DNA of 64,000 nucleotides from Bacilli bacterium (GTDB lineage Bacteria; Bacillota_I; Bacilli_A; ML615J-28; CAG-313): NCBI GenBank assembly GCA_045652765.1, contig JAZOLG010000041.1, positions 7,310 to 71,309 of the forward strand, read 5' to 3'. Shown piece by piece: positions 56,639 to 64,000 of this stretch (position 1 is its first letter; each line of letters starts with the position of its first letter). The notes under the pieces were generated by a model. It saw only the letters and a program-made list of their open reading frames with translations, ran no database searches and was not told where the DNA came from. The position numbers and the translations under genes were made by a program.

Positions 56639-58524
56639 TAGTTGTTAACCCTTTTAAATAACTTTTCTATTTCGTATTTGGTAAATTTAATTAGTGTAGG
56701 TCTACCATGTGGACAAGTATAGGGCATAACACAGTTATCGAGACTTGTTAATAATGTTTTGACTTCGTCGAATGTTATTTTCATATTGGCCTTAATTGAT
56801 TTTTTACAACTTAATGTTTTTGCTAAACTGTCATACATTTTTGATTTATCAACAAACATTGAACTCATATAGTGATTAAAAATATCACTTAAAAATTCAA
56901 TTTCTAAACTTTGAGGTATCCAAGTAGGAATAGTTCTTACAACAATTGAATTATTTCCAAATTCATCAAATTCAATTCCTAGTTTATTTATATCATTTTG
57001 AATATTTAATAAAGTGTCTATTTCATTTTTTGTATAATCTAAAGTAATTGGTATTAATAGATTATAGGAAGATTTAGTTACTTCTTTGAACGAATTAGAT
57101 ATTTTTTCATACATAACTCGTTCCATTGCTGCATGTTGATCAATAAGATATAAATTCATATCATCTTGAAGTAATAAATAAGTTTCATGATATTGACCAA
57201 TATAATTTAAATTTTGGAAAAATTTTCTTGAATCTTCTTCAATTAATTTAGGTTGAGTATACTCGGTATCTTCAAACGATTCATTAGATAAATTTGTATG
57301 TTCTATTGGTGTAGATTCTTCAAAGTTATTTAACCAATCAAAATCATCATTATCGTCATTTGCTTGATTATTTTGCTCATCTTCAAAAACTTCTAAATTT
57401 GCTAAATTTTTGTCATTATTTTTAATTTCAAATTGCAAGTCTTCGAAAAGCCGATTCTGAGCGTTTGAATTATTAAATTGTGTATAATTATACAATTCAT
57501 CTTCTGTAGGAAGGCTTGTACTTTTAGTAAATTTTAAAAGTTCAGATTCCTGTAAACAATTTTTAATAGTTTTAGTTATAAGTTTTCGTAGTTCTTCTTC
57601 GTCTGTAAAACGTATTTCAAGTTTTGCAGGATGGACATTTACATCAATTAAATCATAGTCACATTGAATATTTAGTACAGTAATTGGATGTTTTCCAACA
57701 GGTAAGATAGTTTGATAAGCATCTGTGATAGCGTATAAAATGTTTAAATTTTTAATGATACGTGAGTTTACTAGTACTATTAAGGCATTGCGGTTACTTC
57801 TAAAAACTTCATTATTTGTTGTGTAACCATTTATTTTATATAAATTATTGTTTGCATTAAAAGGAATCATTTTCTTTCCAACATTTGATCCGTATGCTTC
57901 GCTTATAACTTCTAATAACTCACCATTTCCACTTGATTTGAATAAGACTTTTTGATTATTTGTTAAAGTAAAACTTATATCAGGATTAGAAATTGATACT
58001 TTATAAATGTAATCTGTAATCGCAGATAGTTCTTGATAACTACTTCCTAAATGTTTATATCTAGCTGGTGTATTAAAAAATAAATTTCTTACTTCAATTT
58101 GAGTACCTTTCGGTAAATTAGCATTACCTTCAGATATTTTCTTGCCAGCTTTTAATGCAATAAAGTAATTTGTATTACCATCATTTGAAGTTATTCTAAA
58201 ATCTGATACGCTTGCGATCGATGGTAAAGCTTCTCCTCTAAATCCTAGGGAAGATATTCTGAATAAATCATCTTCTGATTTAATTTTACTTGTTGCATGT
58301 CTTTTTAATGCATTTGGAATTTGTTCTTTATTAATACCTTCGCCATCATCTAATACTGTAATATTAACGATTCCGCAGTCTGTAAGATCAATTTTAATAT
58401 TTTTAGCTTTTGCGTCAATGCTGTTTTCAACTAGCTCTTTTACAACATTCATTGGTCGTTCAACAACCTCACCTGCGGCTATTAAATTAGATAAATTTTC
58501 TGAAAGTTCAATTATTTTTTTCAT
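56638..58524 (-). CDS. mutL: DNA mismatch repair protein MutL
   Basis: IAAGEVVERP, HATSKI, GFRGEAL, DVNVHPAK, DQHAAMER, CPHGRP. Confidence 0.97.
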   Translation of the reverse strand: MKKIIELSENLSNLIAAGEVVERPMNVVKELVENSIDAKAKNIKIDLTDCGIVNITVLDDGEGINKEQIPNALKRHATSKIKSEDDLFRISSLGFRGEALPSIASVSDFRITSNDGNTNYFIALKAGKKISEGNANLPKGTQIEVRNLFFNTPARYKHLGSSYQELSAITDYIYKVSISNPDISFTLTNNQKVLFKSSGNGELLEVISEAYGSNVGKKMIPFNANNNLYKINGYTTNNEVFRSNRNALIVLVNSRIIKNLNILYAITDAYQTILPVGKHPITVLNIQCDYDLIDVNVHPAKLEIRFTDEEELRKLITKTIKNCLQESELLKFTKSTSLPTEDELYNYTQFNNSNAQNRLFEDLQFEIKNNDKNLANLEVFEDEQNNQANDDNDDFDWLNNFEESTPIEHTNLSNESFEDTEYTQPKLIEEDSRKFFQNLNYIGQYHETYLLLQDDMNLYLIDQHAAMERVMYEKISNSFKEVTKSSYNLLIPITLDYTKNEIDTLLNIQNDINKLGIEFDEFGNNSIVVRTIPTWIPQSLEIEFLSDIFNHYMSSMFVDKSKMYDSLAKTLSCKKSIKANMKITFDEVKTLLTSLDNCVMPYTCPHGRPTLIKFTKYEIEKLFKRVNN

Positions 58525-61094
58525 TATTCATCACCTAACTTTTCTTTCAAACTAGAAAGATATAATAAAGCTTCAAGTGGTTTTAATTCATCAATATTTT
58601 TGTTTCGAATATCATCAATTATGCTTGATTCAATAGGATTTCTTTTATCAATAATAATTGGTTTTTGATATTTTTCTAGTGATAATGCTTGAGAATCAAT
58701 TTTATTTCCACTAGATAATTTGTCTAAAATATCAGTTGCACGTAAAATTACTTCTTCCGGTATTTTGGCTAAAGAAGCAACATTTATACCATAGCTTTTA
58801 TCTGTTGGACCATCTTTTACTTTATGCATAAAAATAATAGAATTATTTTCGCTTACTGCTTCTACATGAAGATTTTTTAAGTTTGGTAAGCTATCTTCAA
58901 GTGACGTTAATTCATGATAATGAGTTGAGAATAGTGTTTTACAGCAAGTATTATTATGTAAATATTCAATAATTGATTGAGCTAATGCCATTCCATCAAA
59001 TGTTGCTGTTCCACGACCAACTTCATCGAATAAAATTAAACTATTATATGTCGCGTTTTGTAGAGCATAATTAACTTCATTCATTTCAACCATGAATGTG
59101 GATTCACCGGCAGAAATATCATCTGTTGCACCTATTCTTGTAAAAATTTGATCATACAAAGGTAAATTAGCACTTGTACAAGGTACAAATGAACCAATTT
59201 GTGCCATAATGCTTATTAAGGCAGTTTGACGCATAAATGTACTTTTACCACCCATGTTTGGCCCAGTAATTAACATTATTAAATCATTGTTGAACATAAT
59301 TAAATCATTAGGTACGAATATTTGATTTGAAGTTGCTTCGATAACTGGATGTCTCCCTTCAATTATTTCAACATCTCCATACATATTGAATGTTGGACGA
59401 ACATAATTTTGTTCTTTAGCTTTATTAGCAAAGCTCAATAACATATCGATTTCGCTAATTATCAAAGCCATTTTTTGAATTCGATGACAATATTCTTTAC
59501 ATGTATTACGAATAGAATCAAATATCTCCAATTCAATTTGTAAAGCTCGTTCTTCACTTCTTAAAATTAATGTTTCACGTTCTTTTAATTCTTCTGTAAT
59601 GAATCGTTCAGAATTTGATGTTGTTTGTTTTCTAATATATCCATATTCATCTTTGACTAAAGAAAGATTAGCTTTTGTTATTTCAATATAGTAACCAAAT
59701 ACACGATTGTAACCAACTTTTAAGTTTTTAATACCAGTTCTTTCTCGTTCTCTTGTTTCTAGATTTGTTAAGAAAACTTTATTTGTTTTATTAATATTTT
59801 TTACATTATCAAGTTCAGTAGAAAATCCAGGTTTAATAAATCCTCCATCTCTTAAAAGATAAGGTGCATTTTCGGAAATACTATTAGTTATTAAATTTGT
59901 TAATTCATCGTATATTTCAATTGAATCACTTAATGAAACTAAACATTGACCTTTCATTTTCTTTAATAGTTTTTTAATTACAGGTAACTGAATTAATGAA
60001 CGATTAAGTTGTAAAAGATCTTTTGGAGATAATGTACCATAACTAATTCTTCCAACTATTCTTTCTAAATCATAAATTTCCATTAAAGCATTTTTTAGAT
60101 CTGGAAGTAATAAATAATTTTTTAATAGTTGTTCGACAATATTATGTCTTTCGTCAATTTGTTTTTGATTTGTTAATGGATAAAGTATTGATCTTTTTAG
60201 AAATCTACTTCCCATAGCTGTATTACATCCATCTAAAATTCCAAACAAAGATTTACGTGAATCGTTGTTTCTAAGAGGACTTAAAAGTTCAAGATTACGT
60301 ATTGTATTATAGTCAAGCTTTAAAAAGTCATTAATTGAATACATTTTAAATTGTTTTAAATGCATTAATGTTCTTTTTTGTGTTTGGATTAAATAGTTTA
60401 ATAGAATATTTGCACATGAAGTAAATTCTTTATCAATATCATTATATAATTGTTCTAAATAGTTATCTAGTTTCTCTGGAGAAATTTGTGTTGTTAAAAT
60501 ATGCAATACACTTGTTAAGTATTCACGTACAATTTTAGGAACATTTGAAGTAATAACTACTTCTTTAATATTTAATTTATTAATTTCATTATATAAACTA
60601 TCTAAATATTTAGAAAGATTTGTAATAAAAATATCACCAGTGGATAAATCACAATACGCAAAGATAAAGCCATTTTCGTTTTTATCAATTGAGGCTAAAT
60701 AATTATTGGTTTTATCAGTTAGATAGTGTTCATTAATATTGGTACCAGGAGTAATGACTTTTGTGACTTCACGAGTAACAATTTTCTTATTTGAAGCTTC
60801 TTCCATTTGATCAACTATTGCTATTTTATAGCCTTTATTACTTAGTTTTTCAATATAGTTTTCAACTGCATGATGTGGAACTCCGCACATTGGAACGGGT
60901 TCATTATTTGTTCCAGCATCTCTTTTTGTTAAGACTATTTCTAATTCACGACTAGCAACTAAAGCATCATTGAAAAACATTTCATAGAAATCGCCTAATC
61001 TAAAGAAAACTAAAGCATCAGGATAAGATTCTTTAATAGTCAAATATTGACGCATCATTGGTGTATATAAACTTTTATCAATGTTTTCGTACAT
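58524..61094 (-). CDS. mutS: DNA mismatch repair protein MutS
   Basis: TPMMRQY, FFRLGDFYE, GPNMGGKST, STFMVEM, DEVGRGT; SD AGGTG supports ATG 61094. Confidence 0.97.
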   Translation of the reverse strand: MYENIDKSLYTPMMRQYLTIKESYPDALVFFRLGDFYEMFFNDALVASRELEIVLTKRDAGTNNEPVPMCGVPHHAVENYIEKLSNKGYKIAIVDQMEEASNKKIVTREVTKVITPGTNINEHYLTDKTNNYLASIDKNENGFIFAYCDLSTGDIFITNLSKYLDSLYNEINKLNIKEVVITSNVPKIVREYLTSVLHILTTQISPEKLDNYLEQLYNDIDKEFTSCANILLNYLIQTQKRTLMHLKQFKMYSINDFLKLDYNTIRNLELLSPLRNNDSRKSLFGILDGCNTAMGSRFLKRSILYPLTNQKQIDERHNIVEQLLKNYLLLPDLKNALMEIYDLERIVGRISYGTLSPKDLLQLNRSLIQLPVIKKLLKKMKGQCLVSLSDSIEIYDELTNLITNSISENAPYLLRDGGFIKPGFSTELDNVKNINKTNKVFLTNLETRERERTGIKNLKVGYNRVFGYYIEITKANLSLVKDEYGYIRKQTTSNSERFITEELKERETLILRSEERALQIELEIFDSIRNTCKEYCHRIQKMALIISEIDMLLSFANKAKEQNYVRPTFNMYGDVEIIEGRHPVIEATSNQIFVPNDLIMFNNDLIMLITGPNMGGKSTFMRQTALISIMAQIGSFVPCTSANLPLYDQIFTRIGATDDISAGESTFMVEMNEVNYALQNATYNSLILFDEVGRGTATFDGMALAQSIIEYLHNNTCCKTLFSTHYHELTSLEDSLPNLKNLHVEAVSENNSIIFMHKVKDGPTDKSYGINVASLAKIPEEVILRATDILDKLSSGNKIDSQALSLEKYQKPIIIDKRNPIESSIIDDIRNKNIDELKPLEALLYLSSLKEKLGDE

Positions 61095-61167
61095 AATTTT
61101 CACCTTTTATAAAAATTTCCTCTATTATATCATAAATTTCGAAAAATTGGTTGTGAATTAAAAAGAA

Positions 61168-61195
61168 AACTACATGGATTTAATTCCATGTAGTT
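61168..61195 (-). terminator. Intrinsic terminator after obg
   Basis: AACTACATGGA / TCCATGTAGTT. Confidence 0.75.
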
Positions 61196-61199
61196 AATT

Positions 61200-62471
61200 T
61201 TAGTCATAAAATTCAAATTCGTAATCTAAAATACGAACTGTATCACCATTTTGAACACCTTTTTCACGAAGGGCTGCATCAACTCCTAGGTCTCTAATTT
61301 GTTTTGCAAAACGGCGAATACTTGGGTCATTATTGAAATCTGTTTTATCAAATAATTTTTTGATCATTGGACCAACAACGTTATATACTCCATCATCACA
61401 TAGGATAAGTGTAAATGGTTCTTGTTCTTCTTTAAATTTATATTCAACAACTTCGGTTTCAATAATAGGATCTGGAATTAATTTCACTTCTGCTAATTTA
61501 TCAGCAACTTTATAAATTAATTCATTTAAATTGTCTTTTGTAAATGCTGAAATAGGAATTACATCAACATTTAATTGTTTTTTAAATTCTTCCAGATTTT
61601 CTGAAGCACCTGGTAAATCCATTTTATTTGCAACAATGATTTGAGGTCGTTTTAATAAATCAGGATTATAGCTTTCAAGTTCTAAATTAATTTTATTGTA
61701 GTCATCTACAGGATCTCTTCCCTCAGCACTACTCATATCAATAACGTGTACTATTACACGTGTTCTTTCAATATGTTTTAAGAATTGAATGCCTAGTCCC
61801 ATACCTAAATGGGCTCCTTCAATTAAACCCGGCAAATCTGCTACAACAAAGCTACGACCATCAGGCACACCAACAACACCTAAATTAGGATTTAATGTTG
61901 TAAAATGATAATCTGCGATTTTAGGTTTTGCAGCTGAGATAACAGAAATAAGTGTTGATTTTCCAACACTTGGAAATCCTACTAGACCTACATCTGCTAA
62001 TACTTTAAGTTCAAGTCCGCAGTTAAATTCCATTCCTGGTTCCCCTTTTTCACAAAAGTCTGGTGTAGTATGTCTAGCGTTTGCGAAGAATGAATTACCT
62101 CTTCCTCCTCTACCACCTTTTGCGATCACAACTTCTTGATTGTGTTTTGTAATATCTGCAATTACTTTACCTGTATCAAGATTAGTAACAATAGTTCCAA
62201 GAGGTACTTTGACGATAACATCTTCACCTTTTGCTCCATACATGTTACTTTTCATTCCATTTTGTCCATTTGGCGCTGTAATCTTTCTTTTATAATGGAA
62301 ATCTAAAAGTGTTGTTAATCCAGATTCACCGACAAAAATGATACTACCACCATTTCCACCACGGCCACCATCTGGTCCACCTTTAACAATATATTTTTCA
62401 CGATGCCATGATACTATTCCATTTCCACCATTTCCAGCTTTTAAATATATTTTTACACTATCTATAAACAT
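61200..62471 (-). CDS. obg: GTPase ObgE
   Basis: Gly-rich Obg fold, GFPSVGKST, YHFTTL, DLPGLIEGA; SD GGAGG supports ATG 62471. Confidence 0.97.
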   Translation of the reverse strand: MFIDSVKIYLKAGNGGNGIVSWHREKYIVKGGPDGGRGGNGGSIIFVGESGLTTLLDFHYKRKITAPNGQNGMKSNMYGAKGEDVIVKVPLGTIVTNLDTGKVIADITKHNQEVVIAKGGRGGRGNSFFANARHTTPDFCEKGEPGMEFNCGLELKVLADVGLVGFPSVGKSTLISVISAAKPKIADYHFTTLNPNLGVVGVPDGRSFVVADLPGLIEGAHLGMGLGIQFLKHIERTRVIVHVIDMSSAEGRDPVDDYNKINLELESYNPDLLKRPQIIVANKMDLPGASENLEEFKKQLNVDVIPISAFTKDNLNELIYKVADKLAEVKLIPDPIIETEVVEYKFKEEQEPFTLILCDDGVYNVVGPMIKKLFDKTDFNNDPSIRRFAKQIRDLGVDAALREKGVQNGDTVRILDYEFEFYD

Positions 62472-62540
62472 GTTTAACCTCCTAAGGCACATGATATTTA
62501 CTTTAAAAAACACTTCCTAACTGGAAGTGTTTACTTTTAA

Positions 62541-62822
62541 TTATTGTTCAGGATATACAGAAACTTGTTTCTTATTTCCACTGATATGTTCAAATTTAAC
62601 ATATCCGTCAATCATGCAGAATAAAGTATCATCTTTACCTTTACCAACATTATTTCCAGGGTGAACTTTTGTTCCTCTTTGACGGTAGATAATTGAACCA
62701 GCAGTGGCAAATTGTCCATCAGATAATTTAGCTCCTAAACGTCTTCCACGTGAATCACGTCCGTTTTTAGTTGAACCTACACCTTTTTTAGATGCAAAGA
62801 ACTGTAAACTAAAATTCATCAT
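62541..62822 (-). CDS. rpmA: 50S ribosomal protein L27 with N-terminal pro-peptide
   Basis: [24 protein letters not shown]; Prp-cleaved LQF/FA extension. Confidence 0.97.
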   Translation of the reverse strand: MMNFSLQFFASKKGVGSTKNGRDSRGRRLGAKLSDGQFATAGSIIYRQRGTKVHPGNNVGKGKDDTLFCMIDGYVKFEHISGNKKQVSVYPEQ

Positions 62823-62834
62823 TTATGCCACCTC

Positions 62835-63152
62835 CTATACTTTGGCGATTTTAATTTTTAAATTTTTTGGATATTGACGTTCAATATTTTTTAAAACTTC
62901 GATTAGATTTTCAATTATGTCATTAACTAATTGGTTAGTTTCATTAAAAATTAAAGAAATATTACCATCTAGTTCTTTATAATCATATTCATTATCTTGT
63001 AGGTACTTTTTGATTAGTCCGAGTGATGTAAATACAGCTGTTGTGATACCACTACAAACTATATCGTAACCATAGTCAGCATAATCAGCATGACCAGTAA
63101 TTTTGAAAGATTGAATTTGATTATTTTTATAATTAAAAATAGCGTTAGTCAT
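62835..63152 (-). CDS. prp: Ribosomal-processing cysteine protease Prp (YsxB)
   Basis: ITGHA...DIVCSGIT; between rplU and rpmA. Confidence 0.92.
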   Translation of the reverse strand: MTNAIFNYKNNQIQSFKITGHADYADYGYDIVCSGITTAVFTSLGLIKKYLQDNEYDYKELDGNISLIFNETNQLVNDIIENLIEVLKNIERQYPKNLKIKIAKV

Positions 63153-63154
63153 AA

Positions 63155-63454
63155 TTATTGAACGATTTCTTTAATTACCACTTTTGTATATGCTTGACGA
63201 TGTCCTTGCTTTTTATGGTAATTCTTTTTAGGGTTGTATTTATAAACGATAATTTTTCTTTGTTTACCGTGTTTTTGTACAACACCAACTACTTTTGCGC
63301 CTTCAACATAAGGTTGACCAACTTTATCACCTACAAGTAATACTTGATCAAATACAACTTCTTGTTCAGCTTCTACTTCAAGTTTTTCAACATAAATTTC
63401 ACTGCCTACTTCAGCACGGTATTGTTTACCACCTGTTACAAAAATTGCGTACAT
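63155..63454 (-). CDS. rplU: 50S ribosomal protein L21
   Basis: [19 protein letters not shown]. Confidence 0.97.
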   Translation of the reverse strand: MYAIFVTGGKQYRAEVGSEIYVEKLEVEAEQEVVFDQVLLVGDKVGQPYVEGAKVVGVVQKHGKQRKIIVYKYNPKKNYHKKQGHRQAYTKVVIKEIVQ

Positions 63455-63477
63455 GAGCTTACCTCCTCTTTATTAAT

Positions 63478-63556
63478 TTTTAAGACACGCCATTAAGGTG
63501 AAAACTAATGTTTTTCTTTAAGAACCTTTTTTGTGCGGTTGCCATATTTCGCAACG
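63478..63556 (-). ncRNA. L21 leader (ribosomal protein autoregulatory RNA)
   Basis: Minus strand GTTGC-loop-GCAAC-CGCAC ... TGGCGTGTCT resembles the Firmicutes L21 leader; between promoter and rplU. Confidence 0.6.
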
Positions 63557-63561
63557 CATTT

Positions 63562-63590
63562 ATTATATCACTAATTGTTAAAAATTGCAA
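63562..63590 (-). promoter_or_regulatory. SigA promoter of rplU operon
   Basis: Minus strand TTGCAA-17-TGnTATAAT. Confidence 0.8.
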
Positions 63591-63722
63591 GTAATAAGAA
63601 AAAATTATTTGTGACTCAAAAATGATTCATTTGAAAAGCTTTCTGTAAGCGTTCGAAAATTTTTCAATTGATGAAAATATGACTCAAACGCTTAAAAAAA
63701 GGTTTAAATTTAATAAAATAAA

Positions 63723-63749
63723 AAGTCCTTGTAAAATATACAAGGACTT
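63723..63749 (-). terminator. Intrinsic terminator after ppdK
   Basis: AAGTCCTTGT / ACAAGGACTT stem. Confidence 0.75.
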
Positions 63750-63764
63750 AATAATTAAAGTTAA

Positions 63765-64000
63765 TTAGTTTTTAGGGTTTTTGATGTTAGCATGTGCTGC
63801 AGCTAAACGTGCAATTGGTACACGGAATGGAGAACATGAAACATAAGTTAATCCTAATTTATGGCAGAATTCAACTGAAGATGGATCTCCACCATGTTCA
63901 CCACAAATACCTAATTTGATGTTAGGTCTTGTTTGTCTACCTAGGTCTACAGCAATTCCCATAAGTTTACCTACACCAATTTGGTCAACTTTTGCAAATG
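63765..64000 (-). CDS. ppdK: Pyruvate phosphate dikinase, C-terminal fragment (continues beyond window)
   Basis: [35 protein letters not shown]. Confidence 0.93.
   Translation of the reverse strand, partial: FAKVDQIGVGKLMGIAVDLGRQTRPNIKLGICGEHGGDPSSVEFCHKLGLTYVSCSPFRVPIARLAAAHANIKNPKN

Overview
A 64-kb, very AT-rich chromosomal segment from a genome-reduced, low-GC Bacillota using the standard code (Trp=TGG; trmK ends in TGA). Gene order closely follows Bacillus subtilis blocks (rpsU-yqfC-yqfD-phoH-ybeY-cdd-era-yqzL-recO-glyRS-dnaG-sigA-trmK-nif3; spoIVA-hup; gerM-rdgB; plsY-parE-parC; cmk-rpsA-der; spoIIM-xerD-deoB; mutS-mutL-miaA; dacB-rluB; rplU-prp-rpmA-obg). The proteins look like those of anaerobic Mollicutes-related Bacilli (Acholeplasmatales/Izemoplasmatales/RF39-like; this is inference only). 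The window spans the replication terminus: genes run + up to 49378 and - from 50303, and a Firmicutes-type dif site lies at 49962-49989. No rRNA, tRNA, CRISPR array, prophage or IS was seen. The most notable observations are: (1) an apparently minimal Asp T-box riboswitch between argS and hisS-aspS, with an ultrashort K-turn Stem I, no obvious Stem II and an unusual expression platform; (2) a dispersed, shortened but uninterrupted set of mother-cell sporulation genes (spoIVA, gerM, yqfC, yqfD, spoVIF, spoIIM, dacB), some with sigmaE/sigmaK-like promoters, while their usual neighbours spo0B, spmAB, cotE, spoIVF and dacF-spoIIA are absent from the syntenic positions; (3) RdgB-choline-kinase and Cmk-S1 fusions; (4) a catalytically degenerate Fic-wHTH protein next to dif; (5) a motif-rich non-coding terminus region. 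All RNA folds and motif matches were done by eye and need computational confirmation.
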